From Gammaproteobacteria bacterium (GTDB taxonomy: Bacteria > Pseudomonadota > Gammaproteobacteria > Steroidobacterales > Rariloculaceae), in the NCBI GenBank assembly GCA_036381015.1, contig DASVDR010000045.1, positions 2,537-66,536 of the forward strand: DNA of 64,000 bases, given 5' to 3'. This document shows, piece by piece, positions 19,558 to 28,563 of the stretch; the first letter of the stretch is position 1; each line of letters begins with the position of its first letter. The position numbers and the translations under genes are program-made. The notes beneath the pieces were generated by a model. That model worked only from the letters and a program-made list of their open reading frames with translations. It was not told the DNA's origin and made no database searches.

Positions 19558-21354
19558 GTGAAAGACGAAGATTTCGGCGAGGTGCCGTTTTCGGCGCATG
19601 TCGAGCTTCTGCAATCGTTCTTGGCGCATCGCGAGGAAATCGTCGCGAGAATAGAAGGCGTGTTGAACGCCCAACGAAAGCCGGTCCAGTACCTGCAAGA
19701 TCACTCCCTTTTGTCCCGCCACTTCGAGGATTGCTTCTTCGCGCTCGCTGGGGTCACCGCCGAGCAATTGGGCCTTAGAGGTCGATTGGAAGAAGCGCAT
19801 TGGGCGAGCGGATTCAGGCCGCGTCACGTTCCCGAGCTGCACAACGACCTGGTCCATCCGGCGGAGATGATGAGACGCGCGTTCCATTGTTGGCAGCAGA
19901 CGCGGTGGCCCGGCCGCAATGGTCGCGTTCGCTACGCGCACACTCTGTTCAACCTGTACGTGCTACGGTGCCTCGAGCTCTTGAGCATGCGGCTGTGGGA
20001 CGCCGGAGCGAGCAGCGCGGCCGAGCGGCTTTCCAAGGCTCAAAACGTGCTCGACGCGCTTTGGAGGGGCGCGCCGGCCGATCAGCCGGTGCTGCTGAGA
20101 GATGCGCGCTGGCTGATCCCGCTGGCGCAGAGTCCCACGACCGAGGACTTGGCGGGCTATTTCGAAGTTGCGACGCATGTCGCGGAGAGCCTCACGGACG
20201 AGGACCGGATCGAAATCCAGAAAGCCCACGTGCAAATGATCGGCGGGCACCTGTGCTCACAGATTCGCCACTACTGCCTCCAGGATGGGGTGTCTCTCGA
20301 TGAGAAGAGCGTGGTTCTGCGTACCCGTACCTCCAATGCCCTCGATTTCGCGCTGCTGATACGGAATCTGGTGCCGCTGCTCGAGGCGTATGAGCGCGTG
20401 CTGCACGCCGAAGACGGTCGCAACAGGCTCGAGCTCGCTCGTGCCGTTTGCCACGCCGTTTCTCCGGATCCGGAGTTATTTCTGAATCGCATCGACCTGC
20501 TCGGTGCTTACGGCATGATCGAGCATCTCTTCGTGGCGACGGATGACGATGGGCGGGCCGACTATACGGCCATGGGACGGCGACACGTGCAGCTGCTCCA
20601 CGAATACGAGGCACTGATCGGCCGCTTGGCGGAGCCGCTGTATGACGATTGTCATCATTTCGAGCCGGTCGACGGCGCCTATTCGCCATATGGAGCGATC
20701 TACGGAACTCCGTCCAATCTCACGGAGCACATGGCGCTCAAGACCCTGCAGCGCGACGCCGTGACACACTTCAGCCTGGAGGATGTCTTTGTCGACGGAG
20801 GCGCCGACAAGGTGACTTGGGTGAACGGCTGGCGGCGGTTGCCGCATATCGACCGGGAAGTGCAACGGCTTCACGAATACCCCCACCGATTTGCAAGGGA
20901 AATTCACGAGCGGATCGAGCGGGCGTTTCGCAAGCGGGTTTCGGATGCCGCAGCGAGCGAGGTCGTTCGAAACGGACGCCTGTTCGTCGTGCCGGAAGAC
21001 GATTTGGAGGCTGCTTCCAACGCATCGATTCCCGAACTTCCAGTCGAGTACGTCGGATCGTCCGATAGGCGGATCGTGGCTGCCGGCAACGCTCGATTTC
21101 GCGACCAGGCGGAGCTCTTGCGCGATCGGCAAGAGGGGCATTTCGTTGTCAGCTACGAGACGTCAGGCGGATGGGTCGCGATAAAGAAAGACATTTTGAC
21201 TGAAGTCTTGGGGGCAGGCCACGATGCGAAGGTCGTCGGGCTGCCGCCGGCGGCCGCGGGCGTTCTGGGGTTGACGTGTCCGGGCTTGGTGGCTTGGGAG
21301 AACGTTCCTCCCGGCCGTCACGCAAGCGCGCCTCCATCGATGTTGAAAGCTTGA
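19558..21354 (+). CDS. Hypothetical protein, 598 aa, no recognised domain
   Basis: Long ORF with protein-like composition, no signal peptide; 3' end overlaps the convergent SDR by 37 bp. Confidence 0.75.
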   Translation: MKDEDFGEVPFSAHVELLQSFLAHREEIVARIEGVLNAQRKPVQYLQDHSLLSRHFEDCFFALAGVTAEQLGLRGRLEEAHWASGFRPRHVPELHNDLVHPAEMMRRAFHCWQQTRWPGRNGRVRYAHTLFNLYVLRCLELLSMRLWDAGASSAAERLSKAQNVLDALWRGAPADQPVLLRDARWLIPLAQSPTTEDLAGYFEVATHVAESLTDEDRIEIQKAHVQMIGGHLCSQIRHYCLQDGVSLDEKSVVLRTRTSNALDFALLIRNLVPLLEAYERVLHAEDGRNRLELARAVCHAVSPDPELFLNRIDLLGAYGMIEHLFVATDDDGRADYTAMGRRHVQLLHEYEALIGRLAEPLYDDCHHFEPVDGAYSPYGAIYGTPSNLTEHMALKTLQRDAVTHFSLEDVFVDGGADKVTWVNGWRRLPHIDREVQRLHEYPHRFAREIHERIERAFRKRVSDAAASEVVRNGRLFVVPEDDLEAASNASIPELPVEYVGSSDRRIVAAGNARFRDQAELLRDRQEGHFVVSYETSGGWVAIKKDILTEVLGAGHDAKVVGLPPAAAGVLGLTCPGLVAWENVPPGRHASAPPSMLKA

Positions 21355-22028
21355 CCCGTGATCGAGCCGGCTTCGTCCGACGCGAGAAAGTAAACGAGCG
21401 AAGCTACTTCCGCCGGTTCGGCGACGCGCCCGAGCGGAATGCGAGAAGCCGCCTCGCTTTCGTCGATGCCGATCTCGTCCCAGCGGCCGCACGCCATATC
21501 CGTGCGCACCCAGCCGGGGCAGACGATGTTGACGGTCACGCCCCGGGAGGCGGCATGGTGGGCGAAGGCGCGCGTGAAGCCGAGCACGGCATGCTTCGCG
21601 GCGGAATACGCCGTCTGGTCGGCGACCCCCTTGTGCGAGAGCACGGAGCCGATGTTGACGATGCGGCCGCCGTCGGGAATGTGCGGGTAGGCGTATTTCG
21701 TGAAGTAGTACGTGCCGTGCAAATTGACGTCGATCACGCGGTGCCAGAGGGCGTCGTCGCTATCGACGCCGAGCGGGTTCGACCCCGCGAGCCCGGCGCT
21801 GTTCACGAGGGCGTCGATCGAGCCGAATTCGCCTGCTACCGCGGCGACCCCGCGACGCGCCGCTTCGGCATCGGCGACGTCACACGCGAACTTGAAGTCC
21901 GCGCGGCTTTCGGCAAGGTGGTCCAGCGCACGTGCGCAGGTCGCCACGCGCCAACCCGCCGCCTTGAAGCGCTCGACGATGGCGCGGCCGATGCCGCGCG
22001 ATCCCCCGGTGACCAGCACCGTTTTCAT
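21318..22028 (-). CDS. SDR family oxidoreductase
   Basis: MKTVLVTGGSRGIG, NSAG, YSAAK; start overlaps the upstream SDR stop. Confidence 0.9.
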   Translation of the reverse strand: MKTVLVTGGSRGIGRAIVERFKAAGWRVATCARALDHLAESRADFKFACDVADAEAARRGVAAVAGEFGSIDALVNSAGLAGSNPLGVDSDDALWHRVIDVNLHGTYYFTKYAYPHIPDGGRIVNIGSVLSHKGVADQTAYSAAKHAVLGFTRAFAHHAASRGVTVNIVCPGWVRTDMACGRWDEIGIDESEAASRIPLGRVAEPAEVASLVYFLASDEAGSITGQAFNIDGGALA

Positions 22029-22756
22029 TGTGCCGTGAACCCTCCGTCGATCGGGATCACCGTTCCCGTCATGAACGAAGAGGCGTCGGACGCGAGGAAC
22101 GCGACGAGCCATGCGATTTCCTTCGGTTCGGCAAATCGTCCAAGGGCGATCGACTCCTTGTAGACGCTCTCGCTGTCTTTCGGGTAGACGTCCGGATATC
22201 GTTCGTGGAGCTCGCGCAGCACGCGTCGCAACATCGGCGTGTCGGTGCTGCCCGGGGCGACGCAGTTGAACCGGATGCCGTGCAGGCCCCAATCGAGCGC
22301 GGCGCTTTTCGTCAGCTGCGCGAGTGCAGCCTTGCTCGCGCCGTAAACGGCGCTGTGGCGTTTTCCGATCAAGGCCTGATCGCTCGCGTTGTTCACGATC
22401 GAGCCCGATTTCTGCTTCAACATGTGCGGCAGCACGGCCTTGATCATCATGAACGGCGCTTTGAAGTTCACGGTCAGAATCTCTTCGACCTCCGCAAGCG
22501 GCGTTTCGAGGATGTCGCCGACGTTCGTGATGCCCGCGTTGTTGACGAGGATGTCGATCCGCCCGGTCTCCGCGGCGACCGCGTCGACCCAGCCCGGGAT
22601 CCGATCGAGCTTTCGGAGGTCGTGCTCCGGAAGGTCGATTCCGCGCACGACACAACCGCATTCGACGAGCAGGTCGTGCACGGCGCGGCCGATGCCCCGG
22701 GCATGACCCGTGACGATCGCGGTTTTCCCTACGAGTCCAGGTAGAGGCGGGGTCAT
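22025..22756 (-). CDS. SDR family oxidoreductase
   Basis: TGHARGIG, NNAG, YGASK, PGSTDTPM, IDGG. Confidence 0.9.
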   Translation of the reverse strand: MTPPLPGLVGKTAIVTGHARGIGRAVHDLLVECGCVVRGIDLPEHDLRKLDRIPGWVDAVAAETGRIDILVNNAGITNVGDILETPLAEVEEILTVNFKAPFMMIKAVLPHMLKQKSGSIVNNASDQALIGKRHSAVYGASKAALAQLTKSAALDWGLHGIRFNCVAPGSTDTPMLRRVLRELHERYPDVYPKDSESVYKESIALGRFAEPKEIAWLVAFLASDASSFMTGTVIPIDGGFTAQ

Positions 22757-22930
22757 GGACAGGCTTATATCACGGAAGAAGAGAGCACGTGCCCCGCTCC
22801 TGCGAAGCGAGCTGAATCCTACGCGCTGGGGAAGCCGGCGATCTATTCGAGTTTCTGAAGGAGGATAAGCCGAAGCAAGTCATGGCACGAGGACCGAGCG
22901 CCAGGTCGGCGGTTCGCGAAGCGGTAAGCC

Positions 22931-23119
22931 CTACGAATCACGCAGCACTTCCAGTGCTTCGGCAGCGTGCTCGTCGGGTACCAGCAGCCGCACGCCGTCG
23001 GTGCCGCCCTCCATGCCGACTGCAACCCCGACGATCGTGGCGGGTATTCCGGCTGCGCCGAGCCTGATGCGCGCGAGCTCGGCTTCGACCTGCGTGGCGT
23101 AAGTCTTTACGAGAATCAT
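22931..23119 (-). CDS. DUF2007 / putative signal-transducing small protein
   Basis: GGAGG RBS; EAELARIRLGAAGIPA...VRLLVPDEHAAEA pattern. Confidence 0.75.
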   Translation of the reverse strand: MILVKTYATQVEAELARIRLGAAGIPATIVGVAVGMEGGTDGVRLLVPDEHAAEALEVLRDS

Positions 23120-23436
23120 GACGAACGAGCCTCCCAGTCAGCCCTCGACAGACAATGATCCTTCGGTAGCGCGAAAGCCGCTCGCCGCCAAGCTGGAGCT
23201 CGGGGTCACACTGCCGCGACAGACCTCGGGCGATACCAGCGTCATCGCCGGTGAGCGAGCCGAAGCCGACCAAGAACTCTCGCGATACGGTGATGCGACA
23301 ACCCCGGACGTCATCACATTAGAAGCTCGGACCAGGAACGACTGGACGATGGTATGCGGGGCGGGACGCCTCGGGGATGGGACTAAGGTATAAGTGGACA
23401 AAGCCGAGCCAGCTCGCGCATGCCAGGGAGCGATAA

Positions 23437-24579
23437 TCAAGCCCGAATCGTGACGACGTCGTGACGGGCGAGGTCGAGGACGGCGCGATGCACGGCCTCC
23501 GGCGGAATGTGCTCGAGCCGTGCGCACAGCGCATCGAATCGCAGCGAAGCGTGGTCGCGCAGCGCGGCAACGACGGCCTGGCTTACGGGTTCGAGATGAA
23601 GCTGCGCGCCGTTGACCAGCAAAACGCCGCCTTCGAGCGCCGGCGCGCTGAATGTAGTAAGGCTCAGCAGTGCGCCGCCGGACAGCGGCGGCGACGCGGA
23701 GTCGAGAGAGGCGAGGTTGAACTCGGCATCCATGCGCTCGCGGGCGATCCAGTCGCGCTCGAATGCAGCCGCGTTCGTCGGATCGAGCAGCACCTCCGAG
23801 AGCAGCCGCGTCACTTCAGTCACGGTCTCTCGATAAGCGGCCGGAGAGAACGCCCTGCGCACGCCCGCGTGTTGCTCCAGGTACCTTGCGGACGTCTGGA
23901 CGATATAGTCGAACAGCGTGGGCGAGTACGATCCGACGGACACGTGGAAGCTGCCCACTCGAAGCGGTATCACGTGATGCCACCAACCGCGCGGAATGTA
24001 CAGCACGTCGCCTTCTTCCAGTGTCAACTCGAGCGTCGGCTCCGCCGGGCACGCATGCCCGCTGCGGTCGTGCGTTTGATGGCTCAGCGGCAGCGGCAAA
24101 GTCGGCGAGAAGATTCGCCAGCGCTTGCGGCCGATCAGCTGGATCGCGAATACGTCGTGAGTATCCCAGTGCTTGCCGAACGTGCCGTCGCCCGCGAAGC
24201 TCAGATACGCGTTACTGGATGTCTGGGTGCCGACGAAGCGCCCGACCGCGAGGCAAAGCCGCTTGGCCGCCACGGAATGCCGCTCGAGCCAATTGATTTG
24301 CAGCGTCGCGCCGTTGCGCATGTAATCGTAGAACTTGGGCTTGTCGAGCCGGCGCCGGGTTCTGCCGAGCTCGGCGAACTCTTCCGTGTATGCGTGCTCC
24401 GGCACGGTGCCGTGATGGAATATCCGCATCACCGGCGCTCTCGGCTCGAGGAAGTGCAGTAGCTGATCGACGTCCGCCCATGTGAAAGGGCGTTCCGCCA
24501 GTGCGCCTCGGAAGTGGCGCGGCTTCTGTTCGAAATAGGCGGCGCGAAACTCGCCGGATGCCAGACCGAAATCTATCAT
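23437..24579 (-). CDS. JmjC/cupin-4 (RoxA/YcfD-like) 2OG-Fe(II) oxygenase
   Basis: NAYLS, HWDTHDVFAIQLIGRKRWRI, LEEGDVLYIPRGWWH (HxD...H triad). Start MIDFG chosen; upstream starts possible. Confidence 0.85.
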   Translation of the reverse strand: MIDFGLASGEFRAAYFEQKPRHFRGALAERPFTWADVDQLLHFLEPRAPVMRIFHHGTVPEHAYTEEFAELGRTRRRLDKPKFYDYMRNGATLQINWLERHSVAAKRLCLAVGRFVGTQTSSNAYLSFAGDGTFGKHWDTHDVFAIQLIGRKRWRIFSPTLPLPLSHQTHDRSGHACPAEPTLELTLEEGDVLYIPRGWWHHVIPLRVGSFHVSVGSYSPTLFDYIVQTSARYLEQHAGVRRAFSPAAYRETVTEVTRLLSEVLLDPTNAAAFERDWIARERMDAEFNLASLDSASPPLSGGALLSLTTFSAPALEGGVLLVNGAQLHLEPVSQAVVAALRDHASLRFDALCARLEHIPPEAVHRAVLDLARHDVVTIRA

Positions 24580-24986
24580 TACCGGGCCGACCCCGGCGTG
24601 CCTGACGCGCGCCGACGGCCCGATGGCCATCGCAGAATCGAGCGCGCTGCGGCCTGTCTCCCGGGGATCCATTCGATCTTCCAGCCGGCCAGACTAGCAC
24701 ACAAATCGGCCGTTCGGCGCCTGCTCGCAAACGGCCCGACGAGCCGCTCGTCGCCGACGCAAGCGCCGGGTTCGGCGAACGCGCTTACATGGAGATCCAT
24801 GTCTTCCCGAGCCGTAGCGTGAACGCGACGGTGTCGGCAAAACGAAAATATTGCTTTCGGTATAGAGGGCTGTATGCTACTTTCCTAGCCACGATCGGGC
24901 CGATTTGCGAGGGGATACGCAGCTCGGCAGCCGGTGTGCTCGACGCCACACCTCCGTTTTCATGCTTTCCTTCAGGGGGGAACGCA

Positions 24987-27900
24987 ATGAACATCGCGAA
25001 GCAGCCTCTGTGCACTCGGGAATTGTCCAGATCGATCGCCGAAGCGCTCAGGGGCGCAAGGGCAGGGGGCGCCAAGTCGCCTTCGCGGGCCTTCAGGCCC
25101 GCCGTCCTGTCCGCCTCGGGAGGGGCGATCGTCGGTGCGGCGCTTGCGATCATGCCGGCGACTCATGCTCAGGCTCAGGATGAGGCCAGGCAGATCGAGG
25201 AGGTCACGGTCACCGGCTCTCGTATTCGTCGGCAAGACTTCACGGCCAACGCGCCGATCACGACGATCGACGAGTCGACGTTCGAGGAGACGACCTCGAT
25301 CGGCGTCGAAACCGTTCTGAACCAGCTGCCTCAGTTCGTTCCGGCCGTCACGCAATTCAGGACGTTCGACACCGAGAATACGGCCACGAACACCGTCGGC
25401 GCATCCACGGTCAGCCTGCGCGGCTTGGGCCCGAACCGAAACCTCGTCCTCATCGACGGACGGCGCCCGATGCCGGTCAATCCGTCGATGATCGTCGACA
25501 CGAACTCGATTCCCGCCTCCGCGATCGAGCGCGTCGAGATCATCTCGGGCGGCGCCTCGGCCGTGTACGGCGCCGATGCCGTCGGCGGCGTCGTCAATTT
25601 CATTCTCAAGGACGACTACGAAGGGGCTTCGGTCGAGCTTCGCTATGGCGATACGCAGCACGGTGGCAACCAGGAGATCTCGCTCTCGGGGCTCATCGGC
25701 GCGAACGTGATGGACGACCGCGGGAACGTGATGATCGGCGTCGAGCGAGCCTCGCGCTCCGAGCAATTTCTCTGGGAACGCGACTGGCGCGTCGCCGATT
25801 ACGCGAATCCGCGTACCGGCGGCACGGAGTTCTTCCCGAGCGAGACATGGTTCAGCAACCCGCAGGGCGTATTCGGCAACTTGCCGGATCAGGACCTCGT
25901 CAATTCGATATTTTCCGAGGCCGAGCCTTGCACGCCGAACCCGGTTCCGGGCCTTGCCGGCACTTGTCCGGAGGATGCCAACGGGGTGACGCTCGGCGTC
26001 GCGAATTCTCAGCGTTTCTACGTCAACCGGACGCCGGACGGCACGGGCACGGTGTTCACGGGCTTGCAGCTCCCGACGGGCGCGGCCGGCGGGTATCGCT
26101 ACGAAGGCCCGTTGAACGTGGACCCGTACGGCGCGTTCCCCGGCCTGCCGTTCCGCGTGATCCAGCCGGACGGCGCGATCAAGGAGAACACCTGGTACAA
26201 CTTGGCCTCGATTCCGCTCGAGCGCCTGTCGGGGTTCGCGAAGGGCGAGTTCGAGATTGCCGAGAATATCAGGGTGACCAGCCAGGCGATGATCACCCGC
26301 ACCGAGAACCAGACGAGCATGGGGCAGACGTCCGATACGATCGGTGTCTGGGGTGCGCAAGTCCCGTTCGGATCGGAGATCTATGCGCCGTCGGTCGCCA
26401 ATTTGGGCGCTGACGGCCTGCCGAACACCGGTGACGCGGGCGAGGATATGACGACGCTGCCGGCTTACCGGCCCGGGGGCATCTATCAGCTCAACTGCCC
26501 GGCCGTCGGCGGTTGCACGGAGACTCAAGCCTGGCCCGTGCCGCCCGAGGTCCAGCTGCTCATGGAGTCGCGGCCCGATCCGAACATGGACATCTGGGTG
26601 AACCGCGGTCAGGACGCGCTGAGGTTCCTTCTCGCGGACGGGCGCGGCACGCGGAACAAGACGACGACGATGCAGCTCTCGCTCGGCCTCGAAGGCGAAT
26701 TGCCGAGCGGCGACGACTTCTGGGACGTGACGCTGTCGACCGGGCGCACCGACGTGGTCAACGTCTTGATCGGCTCCATCAGGCTGACCTCGTACCGGCA
26801 GTTGCTCGCGTCACCGAATTACGGCGTCGCATTCGTCGGCGACCCGAATCCGGCCAGCGTCGGCTTTGCGGAAGGTATCCCGACGTGCACCACGGGCATG
26901 CCGATCACACGGGATTTCCTGCCGTCGGAAGACTGCGTGAAGATGCTGCACGCCCCGCTGCAAAACCAGACGGACGTGAAACAAACCGTGTTCGAGGCCA
27001 ATCTCGTCGGCGACCTCGTCGAGATGCGGGCCGGTCCGTTGGGTTACGCGCTCGGTGTCAGCTATCGCGAGGACAGCTATCGGTATATACCGGACAACCT
27101 CCTGCAGAACAACTCGCTGGCGGACACGATCGCGGGCACGTTCCCGAACACGGATAGCGGCGGCGAATTCGACGTTTCGGAGCTCTATGGAGAGCTCTTG
27201 ATTCCGATCGTCTCGGACGGGCCGACGGGCGTCGAGCACTTCAGCGTCGAGCTCGGCGGCCGCGTATCGGACTGGAGCATGCCGCAGGTCGACAAGCTCG
27301 AGTCGTACAAGGCATTGATCGACTGGGGAATCACGCCGCGGTATCGGCTGCGGGGCGGGTTCAACCGCGCACACCGCGCGCCGAACCTGGGCGAGCTTTT
27401 CATCGGGCGCTCGCAGCGTTTCGAGTCGCTGCCGTACGTTTTCGGCGACCAGTGCTCGCAGAACCATCAGGCCGGGCCGTTCAGCGCGAATCCGGCCGTC
27501 GCGGGCGCCGAACAGGCTGCGCAAACGGAGGCGATCTGCCGGGCGTTGATGGGCCCGACCGGGGCGTTCGAGTACTACGACAATCGGGACATCACCGATC
27601 AACCGGACGGCGTCCCTGCCGGCGATTTCTTCACGGCTCCCGGTACGCAGAACACCTTCGGCAATCCGAACGTGCACGAGGAGCAAGCCGACACGTTCAC
27701 GCTCGGCGTCGTGATGGACGTTTTGGAGGACTGGACGCTCGCCCTCGACTACTACTCGATCGAGATCGAAGACATGATCGCGCTGGCGGGCCCGGACAGC
27801 ATCTACGAGAGCTGCCTCAGCATCGAAAAGAACCCCAACGGGGATCCGACGGTCCCCGCCTGTCGACAAATCATCAGGGACCCCTTCGACGGAGGCGCGG

Positions 27901-28505
27901 CGAACATCGACCTGACCTTCACGAACCAGGGCAGGGCAAAGGTGTCGGGTGTGGACCTGCAGCTCAACTGGTCGAAGGCGCTGTCCAACGGCGCGTTCAA
28001 CATGAACATGGTCGCAAATTACAACATCGAGTCCGAGACGCAGGACCGATCGGATCTCAACGCGATCGACTGGGCCGGGACGCGAGGCTGCGGGCTTCAG
28101 ATCCAGTGCCAAGGGTACGACTATCGGTTATTCACGACCCTGAGCTACCTTCGCGGGCCGTGGTCCCTGACGCTCAGACATCAGTTCTGGCCGTCGATCC
28201 TGGACGCGAGCTATGCCGAGGGCACGGGCGCCACGCCGAATCCGCTGGGCAACATCGGGAGTTATCAACTGTTCTACTTGGGCGGCAGTTACACGTTCGG
28301 CGAGCGGTACACGCTGCGCTTCGGCATCGAGAACCTTCTCGATGAGGAGCCGCCGCTCACGGGCGGCGACCCGAACGCCGATCGGTTCCCGACTCCGCCG
28401 ACCCATATCACTTCGAGCGGACGCCTGGGATTCGGCGAGGGCGGCAGTGCGGTCTACGAGCCGCTCGGGCGCCGCGGCTTCATCAGCATGACGATGGACT
28501 TCTGA
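24987..28505 (+). CDS. TonB-dependent receptor (large, Cys-rich)
   Basis: EEVTVTGSRI, SLRGLGPNRNLVLIDGRR, GGASAVYGADA; C-terminal YEPLGRRGFISMTMDF. Confidence 0.95.
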   Translation: MNIAKQPLCTRELSRSIAEALRGARAGGAKSPSRAFRPAVLSASGGAIVGAALAIMPATHAQAQDEARQIEEVTVTGSRIRRQDFTANAPITTIDESTFEETTSIGVETVLNQLPQFVPAVTQFRTFDTENTATNTVGASTVSLRGLGPNRNLVLIDGRRPMPVNPSMIVDTNSIPASAIERVEIISGGASAVYGADAVGGVVNFILKDDYEGASVELRYGDTQHGGNQEISLSGLIGANVMDDRGNVMIGVERASRSEQFLWERDWRVADYANPRTGGTEFFPSETWFSNPQGVFGNLPDQDLVNSIFSEAEPCTPNPVPGLAGTCPEDANGVTLGVANSQRFYVNRTPDGTGTVFTGLQLPTGAAGGYRYEGPLNVDPYGAFPGLPFRVIQPDGAIKENTWYNLASIPLERLSGFAKGEFEIAENIRVTSQAMITRTENQTSMGQTSDTIGVWGAQVPFGSEIYAPSVANLGADGLPNTGDAGEDMTTLPAYRPGGIYQLNCPAVGGCTETQAWPVPPEVQLLMESRPDPNMDIWVNRGQDALRFLLADGRGTRNKTTTMQLSLGLEGELPSGDDFWDVTLSTGRTDVVNVLIGSIRLTSYRQLLASPNYGVAFVGDPNPASVGFAEGIPTCTTGMPITRDFLPSEDCVKMLHAPLQNQTDVKQTVFEANLVGDLVEMRAGPLGYALGVSYREDSYRYIPDNLLQNNSLADTIAGTFPNTDSGGEFDVSELYGELLIPIVSDGPTGVEHFSVELGGRVSDWSMPQVDKLESYKALIDWGITPRYRLRGGFNRAHRAPNLGELFIGRSQRFESLPYVFGDQCSQNHQAGPFSANPAVAGAEQAAQTEAICRALMGPTGAFEYYDNRDITDQPDGVPAGDFFTAPGTQNTFGNPNVHEEQADTFTLGVVMDVLEDWTLALDYYSIEIEDMIALAGPDSIYESCLSIEKNPNGDPTVPACRQIIRDPFDGGAANIDLTFTNQGRAKVSGVDLQLNWSKALSNGAFNMNMVANYNIESETQDRSDLNAIDWAGTRGCGLQIQCQGYDYRLFTTLSYLRGPWSLTLRHQFWPSILDASYAEGTGATPNPLGNIGSYQLFYLGGSYTFGERYTLRFGIENLLDEEPPLTGGDPNADRFPTPPTHITSSGRLGFGEGGSAVYEPLGRRGFISMTMDF

Positions 28506-28563
28506 CGAGGCTCGCTTCGTCACGTCGGCGCGGGCGGGCGCGAGCCCGCCCCCTCAACGGCGT

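Noticed and set aside
23118-23393. 91-aa plus-strand ORF and overlapping minus-strand ORFs between DUF2007 and the JmjC gene
   Set aside because: No RBS or motif support; they overlap the DUF2007 start region; coding status cannot be supported.
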